From positions 3,224,001 through 3,288,000 of the forward strand of contig NC_058372.1 of assembly GCF_018350175.1 (NCBI RefSeq): 64,000 bases of DNA, in the 5' to 3' direction. Position 1 is the first letter of the stretch; every line of letters begins with the position of its first letter. The stretch comes from Felis catus. Its lineage: Eukaryota. The notes beneath the pieces were generated by a model. The model was given only the letters and a program-made list of their open reading frames with translations. It was not told the DNA's origin and made no database searches. Positions 51,406 to 64,000 of the stretch are shown here, piece by piece. A program made the translations under genes and the position numbers.

Positions 51406-51628
51406 GGGGCACCTGGGTGGCTCAGTTGGTTAAGCGTCCGACTTTGGCTCGGGTCATGATCTCATGGTTTGTGGATTCGAGGCCCGCGTCGGGCTCTGTG
51501 CTGACGGCTCAGAGCCTGGAGCCTGCTTTGGATTCTGTGTCTCCCTCCCTCTCTCTCTGCCCCTCCCCTGCTTGCGCTCTGTTTCTCTCTCTGTCTAAAA
51601 AATAAACATTTAAAAAAATAAAAAAAAA
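51406..51628 (+). mobile_element. Can-SINE
   Basis: TSD GAGACATATGGGAAG/GAGACATGTGGGAAG. Confidence 0.94.
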
Positions 51629-53329
51629 GAGAACGAGAGAGACATGTGGGAAGTCTTGAGGACTTTGGGTTTCGGATTCCTCTGTTTCTCAATCTTGTAT
51701 AAGTTTTTGTTTTCTTTCTTCCCTCCCACACCCTCTGTTTTTAGGAGGGACAGGCAGGCACCTGGAACAGAGAACGTTTGAGTGTTCTTTAAAAGGTCGT
51801 CATAAAAAAGATACAATGAAAGCTGGTCGACTTAGTCTCAGAAACCTTCAAGTACAAGTTAAACTACACTGATCTAAGTTACTACAAAATTCATAAGTAC
51901 ACAAAAAAATTTTAATAATTCTTACGAATGGGTCACTTGGTGAAACGGTTTTCAGATAACCGAGCTGAAAAAAAAAAAAATTGTGCTGTCTACCCAGTTT
52001 CCTCCTGTGAGATTTCACGTGTGTAGTTGGCTATTTAACCTAATCTCTGGTGTTTCTTTCCTTCTCCTTTACAGTTTTATTCAGGGTGTCTTGGTGCCAC
52101 ATAACTCTACAGGTGACACAGTATACCTATGGCCTCACCGTGGAACCAGAAGAACAGTGGATTCGGGATTACGAGCTATTTTCTATAACTGAACTGATTC
52201 TGCCTCTGCTCTTAGGATATGACTGAGACATGCAAAACGAGAGCATCGTCACTGTCATGAAAAAGCAATATGCAGAAAAGAGTGTATTTTGGTCTTTGGC
52301 GAAGGTTTACTTCTCAATTTACACGAATTAATTGAATTTCTATGTAACCACAAACTTTTTCGCACATTACTAAATATACGTAATAGAACCATATAATAGC
52401 TGCTGTAAATATAATGGGTCAAGAAGAAATCCAATGGTATCAGACCCTTATTTAAAGGCATTAAGTGAAAAGATGTAATACATTCATGGGCACGAAATAT
52501 TAAAGATGTCAGGTCTTCTAAAATTGGTACTCACGATAATTCCCGTCAAAATCCTAATGTCAGTTTTGGAATTTGGAAGCTAATCCTAACATTTATTTAA
52601 AGAGCAAAATGGTAAGAACAAATCAAAACAAGACAAAAACAAACCCAAGAAGCTCTCGATGAGAGGTAGAACCTGATGTAGTGATAAAAGACCTGATACT
52701 GGGTGGCAATGCACAGAGATGAACACATTTACCAATGGAATTAGATAGAAAGCCAAGGATCGCATCTAATTTTTTGTTGAACTTTCACATTAGTAAGGAA
52801 ACGATAGGCTGCTCAAAAAAAATTGATGAGTGCAGTTGGTTATGGGTGATTGTAGGAAGACCCCCTAAGTGTAAATCTTCTTTTAGAAGATCAGCTAGGA
52901 AAATATGATCTACTATAGACAAGGACTTCTTAAACAGGAAACAAAAGTACTAACCGCGAAGAAAAGAGTATTACATTATACCCCCTTAGAGGAGGCACTT
53001 TCTCTTAAGCTATTTTGCAACATCCACGCTTCTAGGCTCTTTCTTCCTTAATTTGGGAAGGAGAAAATATTAGTGAATGTCAACTTAAAATGAAAAAGGG
53101 GTTGAAAAGTCTGTGCTGAAATCTGACCTCGATCTCACCTGAGGTCAGATTTTTAGCTTCAGACCTTCTTTTCTTCTCTCTTTCCTTCTAGTTCCTAAGT
53201 GAGCATAATAAAAGTGTTAAGATACCTTTTCCCATTTTATCTATGGATATAGAAAACAAATTTGTTTATTGTGTTAAAAAACTACGATTTTCAGAGGCGT
53301 TTCAATTATAAACTTAAGGATTTAACTTT

Positions 53330-53780
53330 TTTTCTTCTCAGATTTTTATTTAAATTCTAGTTAACATGCAGTGCAACATTGGTTTCAGGAGCAGGATTCA
53401 GTGATTCATCAATTGCATACAGTACCCAGTGCTCATCACAACAGGTGCCCTCCTGATACCCATCACCCATCCAGCCCATCCCCCACCCTCAGTTTGTTCT
53501 AGATCTTTAAGGGTCTCTTAAGGTTTGTTTCCCTCTTTTTTCTTTTTTTTCCCCGCTTTCCATATGTTAATTTATTTTGTTTCTTAAATTCCACATGTGA
53601 GTGAACACATAGGATATTTGTCTTTCTTTGACTTATTTCACTTAGCATAACACACTCTAGCTCCATCCATGTCATTGCAAATGGCAAGCTTTCATTCTTT
53701 TTGATGGCCGAGTAATACTCCATTGTGTATATATATACCATACCCTCTTCATCCATTCATCAGTCGATGGACATTTGGGA
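53330..53780 (-). mobile_element. Carnivore L1 3' end (ORF2 C-terminus and 3' UTR)
   Basis: Translates YIYTMEYYSAIKKNE.LPFA.TWMELE.VMLSEISQ. Confidence 0.9.
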
Positions 53781-54919
53781 AAGATGTTAACTTTTCACAT
53801 GAAAACGTCAGTATTTCTTCTTATCAAATAACTTTTCTCCCCAGCACTTTTCACAGAAAATGTCTACAAGCAATGACAATCCATGAGCAGTGAGAATTGC
53901 CATCACCCAGATTGTTTCTCAACCCTTTTCCAAAGAGCCAACTCGGCTAATTTGGACATTTGGTTAAGGGTTACGCTTTAAAATAGATTTGAGAGACATA
54001 GCAACCAATCGAATCCTACTTCAGTTAAAATAAATTATTGTAAAAAAGTATTTGAGGCAATTGAGGGGTTTTCTTTGTAAGCAACTAGATATTGGATGAT
54101 GTTACAGATCATCACTTCTAAATTTAGGTGCGAGGATCTTGTGTTCTGTTCAACTCTGCATCTGTTGGGACTTTTGTGACAATATTCATGATTGACGTAA
54201 TACGTGGTTTCTTTACACTGTCCCCCTTCCGCCCAATGTAGGCGCGGAGAGTGACACCCTGTGGGCGAGACTCTGTAACTGACGAGGACTTGTGTAGCTT
54301 CCATCCCGCCTCAGTCCCTTCCCTGCCTGCCTCCCCGACTTTTGTAAGAAGTCAGCCCGGTTAACGAAGCTATTTCTCTTTGGGACAAAGGGTGACACAG
54401 AGAGCGACTCCAGCGACTGAACCGCAGGAACAGGCAGAGGGGTCGGCAAGCGGGAAGGGCCTCCCGGCCAGGTCTCCTCCTCCCATCCCTCCCCCAACCA
54501 CCCCCGCCCGCGCCCGGGGAGAGCGTTGGACTCTGTCGGCACCTTGTGGCCATTTAGGGGAATGCAGCTAGAGCTTTGTTTTATTTCCGGTTTCTATCCG
54601 TCCGCTGCGAAGGTTTAATAATTGCTTATATAAAGAACACAAGAAAGAGCCCTGCTCCCACCGTCCTCCTCGACCACCGAGCTCCCCCATCGATAACAAA
54701 GAAGCACGGTCACCAGTTTGGGGTACAGCCATCTGGAACTTCTTTATACAAACAGAAAGATCAACGTGTACTCTCAGCCCCCACCCCCAACCCCCCACTT
54801 TAATTCAAATGGCCAGCGGTGATGTCCTTCTCACCGTTCTCCTGCCTACTTTTCTCATTATTTAGCTTGGAACTCTTTCCTTACTAACTAGCGCGGCTGA
54901 ACCTTCTCGGCAGGTGCAC

Positions 54920-55420
54920 CCTAGTGACCTGAGGCAGCTAACCTGAGACCAGACCTGTTCGTACACGGGAGCCCCTGCATGTGAGCCTCTCCTTCAGTTA
55001 CCCATTTCTCAGGAAGTCACTCATTCTCCTGGAGCCCTAATGTCACCCTCCCTCCACAGCGCTGCGGAGAACAGACGCAAGAGGGAAATGACAGGTAAAA
55101 TTCCATTTTTTAGTAACCTGCAGCCCGTTGGCAAATAGTTGAGGCAAATCCGGAGTAGAGCATTTCTCCAGGAACCCCCTCCTGTCCTAAGGGACAAGCT
55201 TAGCTTGATAACAGAAAGGCCTCTGGTATTTTAGGAGTCCTCTGTGGCACATCGCAGTCCCTCTGGGGGCCTCCCTAATCAGTCACTCCTTCTGACCCCA
55301 GCGCAGCTCTTTCTGTCCTGTCCCCGTGCTTTAATGAAATCACCTTTTGGCACCAAAGACGTCTGCAAGAATTCTTTCTTGGCCGTGGTCTCCGGACCCG
55401 CCACCACTCCCAAACTCCAT
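54920..55420 (+). mobile_element. ERV1 CarLTR-like solo LTR
   Basis: 3' end CACCTTTTGGCACCAAAGACGTC..AAGAATTCTTTCTTGGCC..AACTCCATC shared with the LTRs at 59270 and 62506. Confidence 0.65.
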
Positions 55421-55984
55421 CGTTCCGGGAAGCAGAGAGGAGTCAGACATCACCCCTGCTGTCAGTCTAATAGAAGAGACCAGAGGTGCCTTTACACTTA
55501 ATCCCAGTAATCCCGCCACCAGAAACAAAGTGAGATGTTCAGGGCCTCCCTCAGCCCTCAGCCCACAGCCTCCCTCCCCCCCATCCCGCACCCCGTTTCC
55601 ACTTGCTCCCATTTTCTGTCCTTCAGGCCCCGTGAACACAACCCTGGAAGAATGGCCTCCTCCGTGCAGAAGGAGTAGAACCAGACCTTCCAAACTACTT
55701 TCGTAAACTCAGAAAGTATCCTCGCCGGTTTCCTTCTGTTCTATTCTGATAACAGGGCAGGTTGGTAGTATACACATCGTGTTTGGATTTTCCAGCATGA
55801 TTGATTCAAATGCCACCTTAAAATATTTTTATTTATGTGCTTGATAAAAAAAAAAAGCCCATCTTATGTAAAGAAGTGACAAACTGAAGATGAACAAACC
55901 ACAGTATATTTGAATTTATGAATTTGTATGTGAATTTAATATATTTTCATTAATTATGCTACGAAGTCAATACTTTAGGGGTTG

Positions 55985-56191
55985 TTTTTTTTTTTTTTTT
56001 TTGGTGTTTTTATTTATTTTTGAGACAAAGAAAGCAGGAGCCAGGGAGGGGCAGAGAGAGAAGGAGACGTGATCTGAAGTGGGCCCCACACTGACTGCAG
56101 AGAGCCCGATATGGGGCTCGGACTCATAAGCTGTGAGATCATGACCTGAGCCGAAGTCAGATGCTTAGCTGACTGAGCCACCCAGGCGCCC
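55985..56191 (-). mobile_element. Can-SINE
   Basis: TSD AAGTCAATACTTTA/AAGTCAGTACTTTA. Confidence 0.92.
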
Positions 56192-57129
56192 ACAAAGTCA
56201 GTACTTTAAAGTTTGTAATTTGAATTCTTAGATTTCTTTATTGATTAAAAATAATATACACATGATAAAATATTTGATTGAATCCTAGTGGCCCGGAAGA
56301 AATGGTGACAATTTAGGGCTGAAGTTGTTAATTTGTGCTTTAAGAATGCTTACAAGACAATTTCAGGAAATGCTAACAATTTAAATTGCATACGCTTGGT
56401 TACTTTTCAGAGGCTTTTAGTTTGTTTGGGTATTATGAATATAAGCTCTATGAATATTTTTGTGTATGTATTTTGGTGAACTTATGCATCCATTCATTTC
56501 AGGCATATAATTAGGAGCAGAATTGACAGTTTATAAGGTAGACACATGTTCGCTTGTCAGAAACGCTGACAAATATTTTTCCAAAATAGATAATAGAGAC
56601 CAACTCAGTCTCCTGTGAGCAATATAAAATGATTTTAATTACTTCTTATTTTTGCCTTTATCTTGTCAGGCTTGTTAATTTTTGCCCTTCTGGGAAGATG
56701 TACAGCGCTATTCTGGTATTTTAATTTTCAGTTCCTTCATGAGTAATGATGTGATGTACCCTTTCATATGCTTACTGTACATCGAATACCATTTAGTGGA
56801 GATTATTAATATCTTTGACCATTTTTTATTGGGTTATTTATCATTTACTTATTGATTTGTAAGGGTCTTTTCCATATGGATGTTTCCATATGGACGTATC
56901 ATTGACCCAATGCAGTTTATTAAAAAGACAACCCTTAGACCATTTGCACATTGTTGCAGATCGGGTGACTATATACGTGTGGGTATATTTTTAGCCCAAT
57001 ACCAATCACTCTTATTACCATAGCTTAAGATAGGGGTTGATATCCAGTAGTCCCCCAAACTTGTTCTTCTTTTATGATGGTCTTTACCTTTTCATAAGTG
57101 TTAGATTCGGGGAGAAAAACTTCCTAATT

Positions 57130-57344
57130 CAGGGGTTGGCAAACAGTGGTCTGTAGACTAAATCCAGCCCTTCGGCTGATTTTGGTAATAGCGTGTTATT
57201 AGAGCACAGCTACACCATTCACTTGTGTAGAATCTGTGGTTACTTTTTCACTTCACCAGCAGAGGAGTGACAGAGATCCTACGGCCTGCACAGCCTAAAA
57301 TACTTATTATTTGGCATCTTCAAGAAAATGTTTGCAAACACCTA
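57130..57344 (+). mobile_element. MER58A (hAT-Charlie MITE)
   Basis: CAGGGGTTGGCAAAC ... GTTTGCAAACACCT terminal inverted repeats; internal match to the MER58A layout. Confidence 0.85.
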
Positions 57345-58890
57345 TCCTAACCCATTCTATGATGGGGGTATCATTTTGATGCTAAAACGAAGCAAATACA
57401 TTACAAACAAAGAAAACTACTGACCAATATCCTTCATGAACATAGATGCAAAAATTCTAAGCGAGATTTTAGAAAGTAAAATCAATTAATATATTAAAAG
57501 AATCATACATCATGATCAAACACCTCCGGTTAATCCCTAAAAATGTAAGGCTGGTTGAACATTAGAAAATCAATCAGTGTAATACACTGCATTAACAAAC
57601 TAAAAAAGAAAATACATATGATCATCTCAGTAGATGCAGAAACTCATTTGACAATATCCATCTCTGATAAAACCTCTCAGCAAACTCTGGAACGGATGTT
57701 TTCACCCTGATAAAGGGCATCTACCAAAAAACTCAACTAACTACATTCTTAAAAAGAATGATGGTTTCTCGCTAAGACTGTGAATAAGATTGCTATGTCT
57801 GCTCTCATTACTTCTATTTAATGTTTTATCGGAAATTCTAGTCAGTGAAATCAAGAAAAAGGAAAAAGAATAAGATAGAGAGAGACAGAGAGGGAGAAAG
57901 GCGGAGGGAGAGAAAGAAAGAGAGAAAGAGTCATCCAAATGGGAAAGGAAGCATTTGTACTGAATCTACAAAAACCTACTAGAACTAATGAGTGAGTTCA
58001 GAAAGGTTACAGGACGCAAAGTTAATATACAAAACTCAACTGTATTTTACTATACTGACAACAATCAGAAATTGAAATTTAAATAAATTTCATTTATTGT
58101 TTAAAAGAGGCCCAAAGGCAAACTGGTAGAAAAAGGATATCTTTTTTAATAAATGGAAAAATTCAATACACACACACACACACACACACACGGACAACTT
58201 GGGTCCATAATTTGCAAAAACTACCTCAAAATGTATTACAGACTTAAACATAAAGCTAAAAACTACAAAACTCCTAGAAGAAAATGTAGGAGAAAATTTT
58301 GTGACCTTGGGTTAGGCAAAGAGTTGTAGACATGATGACATCAGAAATATGATCCAGAAAGGAACAAATTGACAAATTAGGCTTCTTTAACATGAAAAAA
58401 CTTTGTTCTTCAAAAGACAAGAGAATCCCACTGGGAGAAAGTCAAGTCACAAACTGGGACAAATCGTTGCAAATTCACTTATTTGATAAAGGACTGTATT
58501 TAAAGCATGCTCAACATTTCAACACTGAGAGAATAAGGGACTCAGTTAAATAAATGGGCAAAAGAGATGAACAGATACTTTATAAGAAAATATGGGGCTG
58601 CGAATAACCACAGGGAAAAGGTACTGCATATCATTAGCTCTCAGGGAAATGCAAATTAAAATCACAACCAAATACCACTACACCTATTTGAAAAGCTAAA
58701 GGTAAAAAGATTAATCATGCAAAGTGTTAGGAAGGACACGAGGGAACCAGAACTCTCGTAGACTTGTGCTATAAATTGAAAATGGAAAAGAATTTGACAG
58801 GGCCTTAAAAAGTTAATCATATAATCTATGACATGATTCAACTATTGCACCCCTAGGTTCGTACCCAAAAGAAAATGAAACATATGATCA
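57345..58890 (+). mobile_element. Old L1 ORF2/3' fragment; continues at ~60080-60170, ~60590-60660 and ~61880-62020
   Basis: AAACTAC.GACCAATATCCTTCATGAACATAGATGCAAAAATTCT and ATGATCATCTCAGTAGATGCAGAAA (RT-region motifs). Confidence 0.88.
58167..58191 (+). repeat. (CA)n microsatellite
   Basis: Directly visible. Confidence 0.9.
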
Positions 58891-58891
58891 T

Positions 58892-60078
58892 TGTAAGCAT
58901 GGAAAGATTTTCCTTCTTTCCTTCTAGCTTCTCGGTCTGGTCTGACAATTAAATATACATGAGACAGATTAACGGGAGAAAAACAAATTTAGTTTCATAT
59001 GTGCGGGGGCCCCATAAAAACATGAGACTCAAAGACATGAGCAAAGCAGGCGGCTTTTATACCTTGTAGACAAACAATACATCTGTGAAGAATTGACGAG
59101 ACAGTTTGGGTTTAGGGTGGTTAAATTCGTGAAGTCACGAGATTTGTCTATACAGCCTCCTTGACCCTAAAGTCCCATCCCTGGGTCTTCTGCCCTTGTG
59201 GTACAGGGAGGGTATCGTTCACATGGGAGATTTATTTCCTGCTTTCTGGGGGGAAAATGAGGGTCAGAGTGATGAAGTTTCGGAGTGGTGAGGGATTTGT
59301 GGGATCTGGAGCCGAAGGCCAAGAAAGAATTCTCGAGACGTCTTTGGTGCAAAAAGGTGATTTTATTAAAGCACGGGGACAGGACCCGTGGGCAGGAAGA
59401 GCTGCACTGGGGTCGTGACGGGTAACTCATTATGTACCCGCAGGTTGGGAGGGGGTCAGGGATAGAGTAAGTCTCTAAAGGAATTTTGGAAGCAAGGGTT
59501 CCAGGACCTTGAGGGGCTAGCTGTTGCTAAGGAAACACCATTTATTACCATTTAATAAAACTTGTCTTAAGACCCTTCAGATGCATATCAGGGGGCCATA
59601 AGCTTGGAGTACGATTGCCAGCATGTATCTTGGGGCAGCTGAGATAAAGGAAATTGACTTGCAGGCTCCTCAAGGTTGGGGTACTATTAAGCTAAGGTTC
59701 TCTCTTTGTCCCCAGCAAAGTGTCATCGTCAAGTCAGCTAAGCTCCTAGAGGAGGTCACTCTGCCGGTTTCGAGGACTTGTTGATGGGCTGTAGGCAGTA
59801 GGGGAATTTAGTTTTTCATTTGCCTTAGTTTCCCCCATCACCGTGGCCAGCACCGAAACCCCTTTCCTTCATTCTTGGGCGGCCAGGAGTGTCCGAGGAA
59901 CATCACGTATGTCCCACCTGCAGGCGGGGGGTGCTGTAACTTGTACTTGGCCCTCAGCTCGCCCCGCACTCCCCCATCAGTGTTCTTCTCGAACCAGCTG
60001 CTTCTCAAGTAACTTTACTCAAAACAACCAATATGCCAAAGAAGCCTGTTCTGCGACGGAATATTCCACTACCCTTCA
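58892..60078 (-). mobile_element. MER34/CarLTR-like LTR split by the 59270-59979 LTR
   Basis: TGTAAG..TTTTCC..TTCTAG at the left end and ACTCAAAACAACCAATATGCCAAAG..CCCTTCA at the right end. Confidence 0.65.
59270..59979 (-). mobile_element. ERV1 solo LTR
   Basis: TGATG...CATCA termini; colinear with 62506-63480 in reverse. Confidence 0.85.
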
Positions 60079-60171
60079 CCGTACAAAGATCTGCACACAC
60101 ACGTTCGTAGAAGCCCTATTTGTATTAGCCCAAATCTGGAAATTGTCGAAATGGTCATCAATAGATAAATA

Positions 60172-60553
60172 GCTAATAAGTGAAAGAAGTCAATCAGGGA
60201 AAAACAAGTACCATATGATTTTTACTCGTATGTGGAGTTTCAGAAACAAAACAGATGAACATACGGGGGAGGGGGCGGGGAGAAAAGAGAAAAGAGGGAA
60301 GGAAACAAACCATAGGAGACTCTGAAGACAGAGAACAAACTGAAGGTTGATGAGGGGAGGTGGGTGGGGGCTGGGCTAGATGGGTGATGGGTACTAAGGA
60401 GGGAACCTGTTGGAATCAGCCCTGGGTGTTGGATGCAAGCGATGAATCACTGAATTCTATTCCCGAGACCGACATTGCCCTGTATGTTAACGAACCAGAA
60501 CTTAAATACGATTTTCAAAACAAATTAAAAAATAAATAAATAAATAAATAAAA
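60172..60553 (+). mobile_element. Carnivore L1 3' end with (AATA)n tail
   Basis: AAGTGAAAGAAGTCA..TACCATATGATTT..GATGAATCACTGAATTC..TGTTAAC..AAATAAATAAA. Confidence 0.88.
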
Positions 60554-60724
60554 GATTCCTTACCTACCCTCCCCCAAAGTGACCAATAGCTTCTGTGTGT
60601 GGTACATTCATGTCATGGAATTCTACTCGGCAACGAAAAGGAATGAACAGTTGGCCAACAAAAGTGTTAGTTTCCTGCTGCGCCTGGGCGGGATACATGA
60701 GCCTTGTTAAGACAATAGGCCCCA

Positions 60725-60952
60725 GGGGCGCCTGGGTGGCGCAGTCGGTTAAGCGTCCGACTTCAGCCAGGTCACCATCTCACGGTCCGTGAGTTCGAGC
60801 CCCGCGTCAGGCTCTGGGCTGATGGCTCGGAGCCTGGAGCCTGTTTCCGATTCTGTGTCTCCCTCTCTCTCTGCCCCTCCCCCGTTCATGCTCTGTCTCT
60901 CTCTGTCCCTTAAAAAAAAAAAAAAAAAAAAAAAAAGGTTGAAAAAGAAAAA
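60725..60952 (+). mobile_element. Young Can-SINE with perfect 16-bp TSD
   Basis: AAGACAATAGGCCCCA at 60709-60724 and 60953-60968. Confidence 0.97.
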
Positions 60953-62023
60953 AAGACAATAGGCCCCAGATGGAGTTTATGCTCAGCCTTGGATCACCAA
61001 ACTGATAATTACAGTTCTAGCTCTCTCAGAGAGAGGAATGGAATCGTAAACCAGTCCATCAGAAATCACCCAGTCAGCTCTAGGTAGGTGGGTAATCCGC
61101 CTGACGGACCCCAGGCTTTTCTGCAAAGGAAAGTAACCTTTGCAAACCAACCTGCTCTTCTGGTAGAACTTCCTTCTTCTCCCCGCTTTCTGCCTATAAG
61201 AGCCTTTCACTCTGTGTAGCTCCTTGGAAGTCCTAGAACTTCTGTCTGCTAGACTGGATTTATGAATCCGATTTATGAATCGTTGAGTAACGCCGACAAG
61301 ATCTTTAGAATTTACTTGGTGGAATTTTGTGTGACGCCACGAGCTTAGGGTCTATAAATAATACACGTTTATTATCTCAGGATAGTAAATGCTCAGCTCC
61401 GGGAAAGACTTAGCCGCAGCGTCAGCCTAGCGGCTCCCAGGGCTTCCGTCCAGACCCCTGCCAGCCTGCATTCTCATCGGGGAGCTTACGTAGCGGATGA
61501 AAAACAGTTTCCCCTCTGCCCTCCTAGGTGCTGTGGCTGAGACCTCACCTGTAACAAAAGGCAGATTCACAAGACGAAAACAGAAGCTTAATAGTATGTC
61601 TACCTCATGTATGCATGGGGCAGGCCCAGGAAAACTGAGCGAAACTCCCTGAAATGGCACCCCCTTAAATATCATCTTCAGCTCAAGACAGAAGAAAGCA
61701 GTTGGAGGTTAGGAAGGCCAGTGAGGCGAGGTTCCCAGGAAAAACTGTAAAGGAGGGTAAGGTCGTTATGCAGATTTAAGTCAGCACCTTTTTCATGGCT
61801 GAGAGTTCTCTTCCTGGGACAGAGAGTGAGACATCCTTACAAATGGAGACCCATCAGGTCCCTTGGAGATGGAGTCAGAGGGGGCAGGAGAACAGTATTC
61901 TAGAAGGGGACAAGGAGACTTTAGGGGTGAGGGGAGAAGTTCACTATCTTGATGGCGGTAATGGTTTCATGTGTATACATCTATCAAAGCTCATTAAATG
62001 TAGGCTTTAAATATGTGCAGTTT

Positions 62024-62240
62024 GGGGGGTCTGGGTGGCTCAGTTGGTTGAGCTTCCGACTTCGGCTCAGGTCATGATCTCACAGTTCATGGGTTCGAGC
62101 CCTGCGTGCTGACAGCTCAGAGCCTGGAGCCTGCTTCAGATTCTGTGTCTCCCACTCTCTCTGCCCCTCCCCTGCTTGCTCTCTCTCTCTCTCTGTCTCT
62201 CAAACGTGAGATAAAACATTAAAAAAAATTAAAACAAATA
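62024..62240 (+). mobile_element. Can-SINE
   Basis: Imperfect TSD AAATATGTGCAGTTT/AAATATCCGCAGTTT. Confidence 0.92.
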
Positions 62241-62505
62241 AATATCCGCAGTTTGTCACATGCCAATAACGCTTTAATAAAGTTGTTTTAAACAAGTAAA
62301 AATGTCATTTTTCAGTCATAGTAAAAATATCATAGGATAGATCAAGTCTGTAATACACCTTTTTAAATTCAATCTGAAAAGCCCACAAATAAGGGACAAG
62401 AACTCTAGTTCACATATGGAAATGATGTTCTTGTGGGATTCTTTACCTCAGTGCCCGGGATTTTTTGTCTCACCGCTTTGAAGAATGAAAAGGGGGAAAC
62501 AAAAT

Positions 62506-63369
62506 GGATGAGGGAGCGCGGGATGAGCTGAAGGCCAAGTACAGGTTACAGCACCCCCGCCTGCAGGTGGGACATGTGTGATGTTCCTCGGACACTCCTG
62601 GCCGCCCAAGAATGAAGGAAAGGGGTTTCGGTGCTGGCCACGGTGATGGGGGAAACTAAGGCAAATGAAAAACTAAATTCCCTTACTGCCTACAGCCCAT
62701 TAACATTCCTTGAAACTGGTAGAGTGACCTCCCTCTGGGAGCTCAGCTGCCTCCATGATGGCACTTTGCTGGGGGCAAAAGAGAACCTTGGCTCAACATT
62801 ATCCTCCTGTGAGTCTACTTTAACATATAAAAATTCCATTGGAAACTTCCTTGATCTCAACTGCCCCAAGTATATGCTGGCAATCATACTCTAAGCATAT
62901 GGCCCCCTGATATACATCTGAAGGGTCTCACGACTGGGGTTTTACTAATCGGTAATAAGTGGTGTTTTTCTCACAACACCAGCCCCTCAAGGTCCCGGAA
63001 ACCTTGCTTCCAAAATTCCTTAGAGACTTACTCTATCCCTGACCCCCTCCCAACTTGAGGGTATATAATGAGTTACCCGTCACGACCCCGTGAAGCTCTT
63101 CCTGCCCACGGGTCCTGTCCCCATGCTTTAAATTTTTTTTCAACGTTTATTTATTTTTTTGGGGACAGAGAGAGACAGAGCATGAACGGGGGAGGGGCAG
63201 AGAGAGAGGGAGACACAGAATCGGAAACAGGCTCCAGGCTCTGAGCCATCAGCCCAGAGCCCGACGCGGGGCTCGAACTCACGGACCGCGAGATCGTGAC
63301 CTGAGCTGAAGTCGGCCGCTTAACCGACTGCGCCACCCAGGCGCCCCATCCCATGCTTTAATAATATCA

Positions 63370-63405
<36 letters not shown>

Positions 63406-63480
63406 ACCAAAGACGTCTTCAGGAATTCTTTCTTGGCCATTGGCTCCAGACCACCCCACTATCACCCCAAAACTCCATCA
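62506..63480 (+). mobile_element. ERV1 solo LTR with AAAT TSD, containing a SINE
   Basis: AAAT at 62502-62505 and 63481-63484; ends CATCA. Confidence 0.85.
63132..63347 (-). mobile_element. Young Can-SINE inside the LTR
   Basis: TSD CCCATGCTTTAA. Confidence 0.96.
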
Positions 63481-63899
63481 AAATGAACAGCAGACAAAAG
63501 TTTATTAGACTATAAGATGAGAAAGGGAGAATAGTGGGAGAGCCGTCTTTGCAGAGAGGGGACATTTGAAAGTGAATGCCCACGGTCTATAGGGGAGGGT
63601 CCTTGTTCTATAAGGTTCTGGCCGCCCCCTTCCTTTCCCCCTCGCTCCTTCTCAGGTCCTACCCTTATCGGCTTGCTCTTCAGTAGTACATTCAGGGTAC
63701 CATCCAGAAGCAGCCGAATGTTACCTCTTGGAAAGATGCCAGAGAAAGAAACAAACCCACCCTTGAACTGTGGCTTCTGGGGTCTGGTTCAGCTCCATGT
63801 TGAGCAAAACCTAGTATTTAGAATTAAGTCAGGTTTTTAAATCACTGATTTATTTTTGCAGTTCTAATCTGAAGTCTTCCTTATCAGAAAAACAAATTA

Positions 63900-64000
63900 G
63901 AGGCGCGCCTGGGTGCCTCGGTTGGTTAAGCACCTGACTCTTGATTTAAGCTCAGGTCGTGGTCTCATGGCCATGATCTCACGGTTGTGAGATCAAGCCC
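63900..64000 (+). mobile_element. Can-SINE head, runs off the window
   Basis: GAGGCGCGCCTGGGTGCCTCGGTTGGTTAAGC. Confidence 0.85.

Overview
Mammalian genomic DNA, most likely felid, judged from about 21 Can-SINE (SINEC_Fc-type) copies. The window is the edge of the replication-dependent histone/tRNA cluster (HIST1). It holds four intact tRNA genes (Ile-AAT, Thr-AGT, Val-TAC, His-GTG), two divergent H2A/H2B pairs with textbook bidirectional promoters and 3' stem-loops, one H4 gene and a 5'-truncated H3.1 pseudogene. The order matches, in reverse, my recollection of human 6p22.1 (H2BC11-H2AC11-H4C9-H2BC12-H2AC12-His-Thr-Ile); gene symbols rest on that synteny and need confirming. The coding cores of all five intact histone genes are N-masked with length preserved. 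The rest is SINEs, L1 fragments, MER58A, MaLR/ERVL relics and many nested ERV1-type solo LTRs; repeat boundaries are approximate unless a TSD is cited. I find no clearly new biological system. The best leads are (1) the H3.1 relic with a pristine core inside an open frame with new termini, (2) splice-donor motifs between H2B stop codons and stem-loops, (3) near-identical H2A paralogs suggesting gene conversion, and (4) a TSD-flanked fold-back element made of two LTR 3' ends.
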